64,000 nucleotides of DNA from Bacteroidota bacterium (GTDB taxonomy: Bacteria; Bacteroidota; Rhodothermia; Rhodothermales; Bin80), in assembly GCA_026709065.1 (NCBI GenBank), contig JAPOTS010000115.1, positions 5,929 to 69,928 on the forward strand, given 5' to 3'. This document shows, in pieces, positions 1-9,318 of the stretch; position 1 is the stretch's first letter; the number at the start of each line of letters is the position of its first letter. A program made the translations under genes and the position numbers. A model generated the notes under the pieces. That model worked only from the letters and a program-made list of their open reading frames with translations. It made no database searches and had not been told where the DNA came from.

Positions 1-457
1 CAAACTGGGCCACGCCCTCTAAGCCTGCGAATGATTCATTAAACCCAAAAAAGGCAATAATGATATCTGCCTCTAACCGAGTCAACCATTGATCAGGGGT
101 TTCTAAGTGTCCCTCACTCCCCGAAGGTTGGGCTAATTCGGTATAAAATGAATCGGCCCCCGGAAATGCCCAAGGAGAAACCCGACCAGAGTGGGGCCGA
201 AATCCCGGAGTATTCCCACCATCGCACATGTTACGAATCGTAAGTTTATGAACTGGAAATCGCTGATGTAATTCCGTTTCAAAGTACCCATAATTCATCA
301 TGCGGGAGCATAAATTGTTACCAATGATAACAATATGATCGTCTTCTGCAATCGGTTGGATTGGGCCTGAAGAATTGGTGTTACACTGCATGCACAGCAG
401 GGCAAGCCCGAAAACGATACATGTATGGGCTAATGAGACATTTAATGATCCACGCAT
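1..457 (-). CDS. Lipoprotein with N-terminal SGNH/GDSL-like hydrolase domain (5' part only; gene runs off the left edge)
   Basis: Absent from the ORF track because it has no stop in the window. Own translation of the minus strand from the ATG (rc of 455-457) gives MRGSLNVSLAHTCIVFGLALLCMQCNTNSS...HIVIIGNNLCSRM...IIIAFFGFNESF. This shows a signal peptide with Cys and SGNH-like blocks. Confidence 0.5.
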   Translation of the reverse strand, partial: MRGSLNVSLAHTCIVFGLALLCMQCNTNSSGPIQPIAEDDHIVIIGNNLCSRMMNYGYFETELHQRFPVHKLTIRNMCDGGNTPGFRPHSGRVSPWAFPGADSFYTELAQPSGSEGHLETPDQWLTRLEADIIIAFFGFNESFAGLEGVAQF

Positions 458-1223
458 ATGTTCAGATGATTAAGTGAGAAATAGATTGCAAAGTACGACT
501 AAATAACTGTGTCTAGCAATTCTTTGAGAGTTTGACTACAAAATAAGGGTTTTGAAGGAATGTAATGAATTGGAATGAATATGTGAGTACCCAAAAGTGA
601 ATTTATTATGTTTGGAGAGTTTAGCAGATCAATAGGATAGACAGCGAATCTACCCTGTTGCTTAACCATAACATCAACCAGACTTGATATCATGTGTATC
701 AAAAGGCTTCTAATTAATCTGACTAAAACTGTTCCTATTGAGGGATAGAGAATCGTCTGTTGCAGGACACAGTATAAAGATCACCTCCTATCTGGACTTT
801 GTGGAGAATGTAGATTTGTATGAACTATGATTCTTGGACAGAACCATGAAACGTATAAGGACGGATCAGAAACTAAGTCTTGATCACGTTACCCGTCGTT
901 AAGGAAAAATAGGTTGGTACTCCAAGTATTCATCTACTATTGTGCGGTTTACCGTGTCAATCAATCCGCCCCATGGGCTACAGTCTTCAAATGGATGCGT
1001 AGACATCCAAAACGTCATAACAGATTCCAGTTGCTGAATTCACGGTTCCAAAAAAGGACTGTTCAAGATTGTAGGACATGATGAATACATATAAAGATCG
1101 GCTGGATGAAGTTCGTACAATCAACGATCATTACTGTCATAAGCGATCAAATTTCAATTAACATGATGACTTCATGCGCTCAGAGTTATTGTGACACGAA
1201 TGCTGATCCAGCTATACTTTTAA

Positions 1224-4115
1224 TTACGGTTTTGTGTGTTTTCCTCCATGTACACTTGGCTCATTGCACCATTGTTTTCGGAGTATTGCAAGATTTTCAA
1301 GCAGATCTTCTTGGATGCCCAACAGGGTTACCAATACAGCTTTATCAAGTGCTATTCGCACATCATCTCGATAGGCTTCATTTGCAGGTAGAAACTCTTT
1401 ATCTTTAAAGTCATCAATAATTTCTTGACTCAGTGCGAACTGATCTTCAGTGAGACTTCTCACATCAATGGACAGTAGTTGAGTCAAACGCGTGATTGTC
1501 ACAATACAACGCCCTTGTTGCTGTCTTGTACCTATCCACCAATAGGATATTAGGCCAGGTGTTGTATTTGCCCATAGCGCTAGTGGAATCTCCCACTGCT
1601 GATTAGTCAGGAAATTTGGCCATGACCTCCCCCCAAGAGTCTTGATCTCTGTAAGACAAGCAGCAACCCGTTGAGAGTTTAGACCAAAATCACGATTGAA
1701 ATGTAGTCTAGATGCTCCTTTGGACCAGAGTTCTGCAGCTTGTTGTCGATACCCTTTTCGAATGATTCCTTGACAATCAGATTCTACAATTAGACGCGTC
1801 TCACGACGTACATCATGGCTCCATAAGATTGGATACTCTGAGGTTTCCAGCTGTGGTTCAAGATCAAATGGACCTCGCACAACACCTTCGCTAGTTCGCC
1901 CATTGATATCTCTGTCTAAAACTCCACGACGACCTAGTTTTTTAAGTTTACAGATTGGAATATTTTCAGGATTGCCCATTCTGGGTAGCATAAGATGTCC
2001 AGACTCAAGCGCTTTCATAAAGATGACTAGCGAGGCTTCTCTGATTCCAATAGTAGACCAGTCATCTGTCCGAAAGAAGGTGCCAATCCTATGGGTCTTG
2101 GTTAACAAAATCGTTCCTGTTTCTTGTCGTTGCTGACTACGATGATGCTCAATCATTTGGGAGGTGATCAACGCTTCTAACTGAGTCGCAGGCCTGTCAA
2201 ATAGATTGGCGACTAAGATTTCATTCCCATTGGCGCACTTGTCATTCTTGCGTGTGGCCACCACCAAGACTTCTGCCATGCCCGTATCAGCGGAAAAAGC
2301 CCGATCTGTGTTCCCGTCAGTGGCGAGGCCGACTACAACAATATTTTCATAGTATTTTCGTAGCAATAATCTGGCGTTTTCCCATGACTTTCCCTGCATA
2401 AAGGTTGCTGGTAAAACTAGTGCTAATACTCCGCCATGTCGCAGTTTGATATGGGCGAGATCAATAAAATTTGAAGCGAGTCCAGCATTACCATGTCCGG
2501 CGGGGTCCGTCAATGAATTTCTAATTTCTTTAAGGCGAGTGGCCATCTTTAATTGTTCGTCTTCCTTTGTTTGGAATCCGGCAAACGACGGAATGGGGAC
2601 TGCACTCGCTTCATGATTGGTGGGGCGTGTGAATGGAGGATTCATAATCACCAAGTCCATGGATCCATGAGGAACCTCCACCACTGCACCCCCGGGAGTA
2701 TCATCCTTCAAGGCCTCTTCCTGTCCAGCTAAAGCCTTACGTCCTGTTCCAAAGATGGCGCGTGTTTGATCTGCTTCCATCAAATCAAGTGATCCAATGG
2801 AAGCACCATTACCGTCTTGGCCTTCTCCATAGGGCATATTGATGATTCGCGTATGTCCATAGGGCTGATTAGGATGCATTCCTGATAGCGTTGCAGCCGT
2901 CAAATGGACTGCGGATGGCATGATGTCGGCAGCGGTTAACACATTTTCCATCATATGTGAATGTAGCAAACTATCATCTCCTCCAGATCGTCGATGGCGA
3001 GAAGAAAATGCATGGTAAACGGCTCCAAGAAGCGCACCAGTGCCACAGGCCAGATCTGCTACCTTCAATGAAGTAATATTATTGGGAGCCGACCAATAGA
3101 CATCTAATCGTGAGACAGCTAATTCAGCGAGAAGCGTCGCTGAAGCAGGAAGCGTATAAAATGTAGCTAGAAACTTACGATCTGTGATGAGTTGCTGGAA
3201 CATGCGACCCGATAAGTCCTGAATATCGGCCACTCCATAATCTCGCAATTCGCAGGCCATCGTGTTGAGTAGTTTGATGACTTTCTGAGCGTCTAATTCG
3301 GGTAGAAGACTTAATAAGTCAGATGCTAAACTGAAGATGGGCCAATAGTTGATGTTAAGGATCGTTTTCCAGCAATCAATGACATTGGACTTTATAAAAC
3401 CTCCAAGTTCGCCTTTACACCGTTCAAGAGGGGGAACTTCCGAGTGAAGGCGCGCTAAACGCATGTGAAAGATGACAGCATTAGCCAAGATGGCCATCGC
3501 CATACGCGTGGTTTGTTCTCCTGGTTGCTGGTGTAGATTTTCTGCGAGATCAAGTAGGATATATTCCGGGGCATGAAACTGCAGATACCCAGCGGCTTGA
3601 CTGACTCCCATCTCCAAGATCTTTACACCGTTTGCTACTCTTCGCTCTGACAAAGCAACCGTCTCAATACAGTTGGCTAAATCATCTAACCCTCCTTCAA
3701 GCCAGCCTCTAATTGGCCACCGCTCTGAGTGATCATATAATTCGTCTTTCCCATCAAAGGTGAATACTGCATAGAAGTAGCGGGCAGTTTTTATGGAGGC
3801 CTCCAGATCCTTCTGCTCTACAGTGCGAAGCGATATAGGAAGCTTAACAGCAATACATTGTTCTACATGCTGTCCAGTATGTAGGAGTGTTTGTCCTAAG
3901 CGCTCGGTGGTATCAGATTCTACATTGGAAGCAGGAGAAAATTCGGTCTCAATAATGACGGTGAGTCCACCGACATGAGACACAACTATATCGGGTTGCT
4001 TCATTTTCTCTGTGAAGACATTGGTTTGCTCGGCTCCCACCTCCCAGTTTGGAAGAGTCCCCCTCAGACTATCTGCAAGGAGTATACTGATTGTTCTTTC
4101 CGAATTTGATGGCAT
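1224..4115 (-). CDS. Large single-chain gamma-class N6-adenine DNA methyltransferase with nuclease-like N-terminus (type IIG/IIL-like R-M fusion candidate)
   Basis: 963-aa ORF with motif X FYTLPASATLLAEL, motif I VADLACGTGALLG and motif IV LVIMNPPFTRP. The N-terminus QPDIVVSHVGGLTVIIETEF resembles a PD-(D/E)xK core. About 340 aa of C-terminal region could be a target-recognition domain. Confidence 0.7.
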   Translation of the reverse strand: MPSNSERTISILLADSLRGTLPNWEVGAEQTNVFTEKMKQPDIVVSHVGGLTVIIETEFSPASNVESDTTERLGQTLLHTGQHVEQCIAVKLPISLRTVEQKDLEASIKTARYFYAVFTFDGKDELYDHSERWPIRGWLEGGLDDLANCIETVALSERRVANGVKILEMGVSQAAGYLQFHAPEYILLDLAENLHQQPGEQTTRMAMAILANAVIFHMRLARLHSEVPPLERCKGELGGFIKSNVIDCWKTILNINYWPIFSLASDLLSLLPELDAQKVIKLLNTMACELRDYGVADIQDLSGRMFQQLITDRKFLATFYTLPASATLLAELAVSRLDVYWSAPNNITSLKVADLACGTGALLGAVYHAFSSRHRRSGGDDSLLHSHMMENVLTAADIMPSAVHLTAATLSGMHPNQPYGHTRIINMPYGEGQDGNGASIGSLDLMEADQTRAIFGTGRKALAGQEEALKDDTPGGAVVEVPHGSMDLVIMNPPFTRPTNHEASAVPIPSFAGFQTKEDEQLKMATRLKEIRNSLTDPAGHGNAGLASNFIDLAHIKLRHGGVLALVLPATFMQGKSWENARLLLRKYYENIVVVGLATDGNTDRAFSADTGMAEVLVVATRKNDKCANGNEILVANLFDRPATQLEALITSQMIEHHRSQQRQETGTILLTKTHRIGTFFRTDDWSTIGIREASLVIFMKALESGHLMLPRMGNPENIPICKLKKLGRRGVLDRDINGRTSEGVVRGPFDLEPQLETSEYPILWSHDVRRETRLIVESDCQGIIRKGYRQQAAELWSKGASRLHFNRDFGLNSQRVAACLTEIKTLGGRSWPNFLTNQQWEIPLALWANTTPGLISYWWIGTRQQQGRCIVTITRLTQLLSIDVRSLTEDQFALSQEIIDDFKDKEFLPANEAYRDDVRIALDKAVLVTLLGIQEDLLENLAILRKQWCNEPSVHGGKHTKP

Positions 4116-4360
4116 TGTTCACTCTTAAACAGCGGACATGGATCCCATGAAAATAATCTTTGAGAAATGGATTGTTTAACTACAAGGGACAGAATTTACC
4201 GCTTATTGAAAAACCGATGTAGCTTCAGATGTGATAGATCGGGCACATGATCAGCGTGATACTTGCATCACTTTCTGTATCACAGCATCATTCAACTGAA
4301 CCCTAATCAAACAAACATGTTCTAACCTGAGTCGAAAATCATGATGAAGATAGCAATTTA

Positions 4361-5986
4361 ATGAAATTGGCATTGGCACAGATCAATACCACAGTAGGAG
4401 ACTTAAACGGGAATGCAGAAAAAGTATTGCAATACTGTAAGAAAGCATTCACCAAAAAGGCATCATTGGTGATATTTCCTGAACTCACGCTCACGGGTTA
4501 TCCCCCATTGGATCTATTGGAGTCACAAGATTTTATTTTACGAGAACAAGAGGTGCGAGAAAATTTAGCGAAGACCATACCCAAAGAACTCGGATTACTG
4601 ATAGGAGGTCCAAAGCAAAATCAAGATCACGGGAAGCCTCTATATAATGCGGCCTATCTCTATGAAGATGGTCGTTGTATGGGCGTGCGCTGTAAGCAAC
4701 TCCTGCCAACCTATGATGTTTTTGACGAGCGTAGGTATTTTGAACCAGAAATTGCTCCACAAACCTTGAAATGGCGGGGCATCAACTTGGCAATTCATAT
4801 ATGTGAAGATCTTTGGAATGTGCATGATCAGCGCAGAAAGCCCTATGCAAATGATCCAATTTCTATACTCAGTGAGCAGTCTCCAGATTTATTTATCAAT
4901 TTATGTGCCTCTCCTTTTGCGATTAATAAGCAGCAAGATCGTTATGCATTAATCAAACTGGTCGTACAGCGATATGGAAAGCCCTACGTCTTCACGAACT
5001 TGGTTGGAGCGAACACAGACCAGATTTTTGATGGCCGAAGCTGTGTAATGCAAGATGGCCATGTATTAGAAGCTCCTGCATTTAAGCAGGCCTTGTTAAC
5101 TTGGGATTTGGATCAACCACCAACATTAGATCCAATTGCCATGAAACCGATGGAACAAGTCATGGGCGCGTTAACTTTGGGAATACGGGATTATATAGTG
5201 AAATCTAATCTCCCCAAGAAGACCTACATTGGGTTAAGCGGGGGAATTGATTCGGCCGTGACCGCCACACTTGCTGTCCAAGCGCTGGGTTCTAATGCTG
5301 TCACAGGTGTCGCGATGCCATCAATGTATTCTTCAAAAGGTGCATGGGAGGATGCCCAAGATCTCGCCAACAATCTAAATATTAAACTTATTCAGCTTCC
5401 CATTGAGCAGCTCGTACAATCGTTTGAACTTGGCTTACAAGGTGTTTTTCACAATTGTGCTACAGATGTGACAGAAGAAAATATACAGGCACGCATCCGA
5501 GGAACGCTATTGATGGCACTTGCAAATAAATTTGGTGGAATCGTTCTTGCTACGGGCAATAAAAGTGAACTTGCTGTAGGGTATGCGACTCTGTATGGTG
5601 ATATGAATGGTGGATTATCGGTATTAGGGGATTTGTACAAAACTGAGGTCTATGAATTAGCCCGCCACATCAATGCCTCTAAGCCAGTCATTCCCCAATC
5701 CTCCATCAACAAGCCTCCCTCAGCTGAGCTGAGACCGGATCAGAAGGATACAGATAGCCTCCCGCCCTATGATGTTCTGGATTCAATCCTCGTAGAATAT
5801 ATTGAGAGGCAAAAAAGCATGACTGAGATCATCAAACAATTAAACTATTCAGAGGATCTGGTCCGATCTACTGTGGCCAAGGTACATCATTCGGAATACA
5901 AGCGGCATCAATCATCGCCTGTTCTTCGGTTAAGAGAAAAAGCCTTTGGGAGTGGGCGTAGACAACCCGTGGTGAAACGCAACTAG
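4361..5986 (+). CDS. nadE: Glutamine-dependent NAD+ synthetase
   Basis: 541 aa. N-terminal CN-hydrolase (nitrilase-like) domain plus a C-terminal NAD synthetase domain with the SGGIDS PP-loop. Confidence 0.95.
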   Translation: MKLALAQINTTVGDLNGNAEKVLQYCKKAFTKKASLVIFPELTLTGYPPLDLLESQDFILREQEVRENLAKTIPKELGLLIGGPKQNQDHGKPLYNAAYLYEDGRCMGVRCKQLLPTYDVFDERRYFEPEIAPQTLKWRGINLAIHICEDLWNVHDQRRKPYANDPISILSEQSPDLFINLCASPFAINKQQDRYALIKLVVQRYGKPYVFTNLVGANTDQIFDGRSCVMQDGHVLEAPAFKQALLTWDLDQPPTLDPIAMKPMEQVMGALTLGIRDYIVKSNLPKKTYIGLSGGIDSAVTATLAVQALGSNAVTGVAMPSMYSSKGAWEDAQDLANNLNIKLIQLPIEQLVQSFELGLQGVFHNCATDVTEENIQARIRGTLLMALANKFGGIVLATGNKSELAVGYATLYGDMNGGLSVLGDLYKTEVYELARHINASKPVIPQSSINKPPSAELRPDQKDTDSLPPYDVLDSILVEYIERQKSMTEIIKQLNYSEDLVRSTVAKVHHSEYKRHQSSPVLRLREKAFGSGRRQPVVKRN

Positions 5987-6414
5987 TCATGAGACTTAAG
6001 CCAGCGAACCGCAAGACTATACCCTGCCATCCCTAAACCCGAGATTTGACCGACACACACAGGCGCTAAATAAGAGAAGTGGCGAAAGGGCTCTCGAGAA
6101 TAGATATTACTGAGATGCACCTCAATGACAGGAGTTGCAATGGCTTTCACAGCATCTCTCAGCGCAACAGAGGTGTGCGTGTATGCACCAGGGTTGAAGA
6201 CAATCCCACTGAGACCTGATCGATGGCCCTCATGGAGCCGATCCACTAAGTCCCCTTCGTGATTACTCTGATAGAATGATAGTTCAACATCGGAGAATTC
6301 AGCACGCAACTTTTGCTCTAATGTATCAAGAGAAATATCTCCATATTGATCAGGCTCTCGCTGTCCCAATAAATTGAGGTTCGGGCCATTGAGAATTAGG
6401 ATGTGATGCTTCAT
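5983..6414 (-). CDS. aroQ: Type II 3-dehydroquinate dehydratase
   Basis: 143 aa. ILILNGPNLNLLGQREPDQYG N-terminus and a HLSNIYSREPFR block, both typical of type II dehydroquinase. Confidence 0.95.
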   Translation of the reverse strand: MKHHILILNGPNLNLLGQREPDQYGDISLDTLEQKLRAEFSDVELSFYQSNHEGDLVDRLHEGHRSGLSGIVFNPGAYTHTSVALRDAVKAIATPVIEVHLSNIYSREPFRHFSYLAPVCVGQISGLGMAGYSLAVRWLKSHD

Positions 6415-6415
6415 G

Positions 6416-7192
6416 TTAACTGGATTCTAAGAGCATGCCGTCATAACCTAAGAGCATGGACTCAGGGAGTTGTGCATTTTCGCGATCATGGAGAACTTGA
6501 TGCGCCATGTGTGTAAATACGGTTTGTTTAGCTTTGATTCTGTAGGCGACTTCAATGGCTTCGTTAATTGAAAAATGTCGGGGATGTTTCAATGGGCGTA
6601 ACGCGTCAAGGACAAGAAGATCTAGCCCCTCAAGTTTTGTATACTCTGGTTCTGGAATATGGCTTACATCGGTCACATATGCAAAGTTACCCATACGATA
6701 CCCATTGAGTTGCAAGCTTCCATGAAACACTTCAATGGGAATAACCTCTATCTGTTCAGAGCTACCGTAACGGCTCGTTATCATAAAAGGACGATCTGCA
6801 ATGAATAAATTTAGAGTCCCAGGATACATTCTGGAACTTCCCCAGATGTAAGGAAAGATTCGTTTTAATGATTCAATTGAGTCTCGATGGGCAAAACACG
6901 CCATCGGAGCGAAACATTCAAAGAAGTAGGGGCGTAGGTCATCCAGGCCCATAATATGGTCGTAATGGTGATGGGTCCACAGTACTGAATCAATCTTTCG
7001 GATATTCGCACGCAACATTTGTTGCCGAAAATCAGGTCCAGTATCAATGATAATACTGAGTTCTCCCACTTGGATATGACAGGCCGTGCGCAGGCGCTGA
7101 TCTTTTGGATCAATAGAGTGACATGTTTCACAATCACATCCGATCATAGGAATCCCTACAGATGTGCCTGTGCCCAATAGCGTGATGCGCAT
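6416..7192 (-). CDS. MBL-fold metallo-hydrolase (PhnP-like)
   Basis: 258 aa with the HHHYDH (HxHxDH) metal-binding motif. Tightly packed behind aroQ. Confidence 0.85.
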   Translation of the reverse strand: MRITLLGTGTSVGIPMIGCDCETCHSIDPKDQRLRTACHIQVGELSIIIDTGPDFRQQMLRANIRKIDSVLWTHHHYDHIMGLDDLRPYFFECFAPMACFAHRDSIESLKRIFPYIWGSSRMYPGTLNLFIADRPFMITSRYGSSEQIEVIPIEVFHGSLQLNGYRMGNFAYVTDVSHIPEPEYTKLEGLDLLVLDALRPLKHPRHFSINEAIEVAYRIKAKQTVFTHMAHQVLHDRENAQLPESMLLGYDGMLLESS

Positions 7193-7196
7193 CAGC

Positions 7197-7490
7197 TTAC
7201 TCAGAAGAATACCTCTGGATAATTGATTCTATGCGTTGGCGCATTTCCTTTTGCAAGGAGATTTCTTGCAAAGGAACATCTTTGAGTGTACGAGCCAAAA
7301 TTCCAAGATGGACTTCAGTCGGGTGATGTCGATTGAGGACAATGAGTTTATTTCCTTCAAGGGTACAGGATCCACCTTGAAACAATCCTTTATCCCAGCG
7401 AACGGAGTAGCCTGATTTCTTGGCAATCTTTTCCATAGCACGCAGAATAGCTGTATCTTTTGACATAGAAGTATAATTTAAGTGGCCCAA
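7197..7490 (-). CDS. Hypothetical small protein
   Basis: 97-aa ORF packed 4 nt upstream of the MBL hydrolase gene on the same strand. No motif recognised. Confidence 0.5.
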   Translation of the reverse strand: MGHLNYTSMSKDTAILRAMEKIAKKSGYSVRWDKGLFQGGSCTLEGNKLIVLNRHHPTEVHLGILARTLKDVPLQEISLQKEMRQRIESIIQRYSSE

Positions 7491-7865
7491 CTTGAATAAT
7501 TAGATCAACGACAAACCATTTGATCCGTTCATTCGCACTAAAAGTAGAGGCCATAGATCATAGCAATATAAAAATATGTTATATTGAGTTAAAATCAATA
7601 AACCTTTATTTAATCTGAATTAGGATGACCACATCTTTGAGTCTGAGGATTCGAGATTTTTTATTTACAGGCATAAAGATGATATTGGAACGCCGAAGTA
7701 TGCGTATCGTGGAGTTCATAGTGAGGTCAAAGATGATTGGGATGGAGGGGATCATTTGACAGAGATTAAATTTTTGATTCAAGAGTATCTCAATACGGCA
7801 TTTGGTAATGGAGTGATCATTGGGTATCGGATGACGAGTCAACCGATGCCAAGAGATTTATCGTA

Positions 7866-8129
7866 ATGGCGATTGGAAAATTTCTGTTTAGAGATGAGGC
7901 AATTAACCTGCCAAGATATTTTGCAGTGGTAAGTCCGCGATATACAAAATCACCTGGTGGCAAGTATCATAGAGGTGTGCGAGAGTGGAAATTATGGGGG
8001 TCTGATCAGGTGAGGATTAAAGAAAATACTGTGAAGCAAGTCAGAAAACATATTGACGAGGAGATCGCAAAGTTACCTGAGGATCTCCAAATTTTCTTTT
8101 TTGATAAGGACGAAATAGTCACATTATAA
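7866..8129 (+). CDS. Hypothetical small protein
   Basis: 87-aa ORF whose ATG overlaps (TAATG) the stop of an 80-codon open frame at 7624-7866 that lacks an ATG. No motif recognised. Confidence 0.3.
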   Translation: MAIGKFLFRDEAINLPRYFAVVSPRYTKSPGGKYHRGVREWKLWGSDQVRIKENTVKQVRKHIDEEIAKLPEDLQIFFFDKDEIVTL

Positions 8130-8595
8130 AAGTTGAAAACGCTACTGTGTAGGGCTTGACGACTAAACGAAGTCTAGGTTGTACATCGGCAGATTACAAA
8201 TTGATCGGATCATGCATGTAGAGCCGCAACCAAGATAGTAGATCGCATGATCTGGGAATCAAGTAGACGGATTAAATCGCAGCGGCATTTGATGCATCCA
8301 TTGATAGACCACTACACAGGTCAAAAGGATGCCATTGCGGGGTGTATTTAATTTGATTCATCATGATCAAGCGTTGTAAATCCCCCTATTCCCTAATCAT
8401 CCTAGAGAAACGCTTAGGAATCATTGATGGGGATGCTTCCTAGAAAATGATCTTGATCAGTTTAGATTTGCAGTGTAAAGTCTCACAGTGATGGTGAAAC
8501 TGGTTGCCACAATCGAAAAGTATCAACGTTAGATAATCCTTTTGACTCTGAGGATGATCTGTTGTCATGGGGTTTTGACGGGTTATCATTCCCCC

Positions 8596-9318
8596 TTACA
8601 ATTGGAGTCCTACTGAAAGGGTGTGCACAGTACCGGCGTAGTCGTATAACTCATCAATAATCTCTGTGAATACCCTTGATCCATTGACATTCCAAAACTG
8701 GTAGCGAACACTATAGCTGATTGAAAAACCAAGATTAGAAAAAGCATTCTCTACGGTGAAGAGGGCTTCTGAATCCGCTGCCCATGAAAAGCCTAATGCA
8801 TCAGCATCACGGCTTCCAGTAATTCCAGCCAAGGGCATCAATAGCATCTGGATCCGTGTCTGATGACTGAAAGCATGTTGAAAAGCTCCACCAGCTCCAA
8901 AAAGGATAGCCTGTGCATTGAATGGGGCAGGATTATTATCTGCCGAAAACCGTCGACCACTAACCAATAACCCAATAGGTATCCCAATGGTTGTCTTTTG
9001 CCGCTCACGCTTGATCCGAGAAGGCATGATCCAACCTTTGGCCGAATAATCAATAAACGAACCACTTCCGCCAGGGCGGGCGTAAAGCACAGATGCACGT
9101 AATTGATTCCCAATGTAAGTGAGTCCAATTCCAATTCCCTCATACTCAAAGGACTCAACGGTATCTACTGAGCCGACATATTTGTGGTCAATTAGCCCGA
9201 AAGTAAATGCAATTCCGTGACTGCTTCTCTGAAGAAATCTTTCTTGGGCCATTACATCTCTATATCCCACCATAATGAGTAAAATCAACAGAATTTTTTC
9301 GGGAATTCTATTGAGCAT
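8596..9318 (-). CDS. Hypothetical secreted, outer-membrane beta-barrel-like protein
   Basis: I prefer the internal start MLNRIPEKILLILLIMVGYRDVMAQ, which is signal-peptide-like, over the ATG at 9372. The protein has alternating hydrophobic beta-strand-like composition. It overlaps the rng stop by 11 nt. Confidence 0.5.
   Translation of the reverse strand: MLNRIPEKILLILLIMVGYRDVMAQERFLQRSSHGIAFTFGLIDHKYVGSVDTVESFEYEGIGIGLTYIGNQLRASVLYARPGGSGSFIDYSAKGWIMPSRIKRERQKTTIGIPIGLLVSGRRFSADNNPAPFNAQAILFGAGGAFQHAFSHQTRIQMLLMPLAGITGSRDADALGFSWAADSEALFTVENAFSNLGFSISYSVRYQFWNVNGSRVFTEIIDELYDYAGTVHTLSVGLQL

Noticed and set aside
499-702. 67-aa minus-strand ORF between the SGNH gene and the methyltransferase.
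   Set aside because: The sequence is AT-rich and low in complexity, with no motif and no coupling to neighbours. It is probably random.
1106-1408. 100-aa plus-strand ORF.
   Set aside because: It is mostly antisense to the 3' end of the 963-aa methyltransferase gene and has no motifs, so it is a shadow ORF.
7606-7842. 78-aa minus-strand ORF.
   Set aside because: It overlaps the longer plus-strand open frame at 7624-7863 and has an Ile/Asn/Lys-rich composition typical of spurious ORFs in AT-rich DNA.
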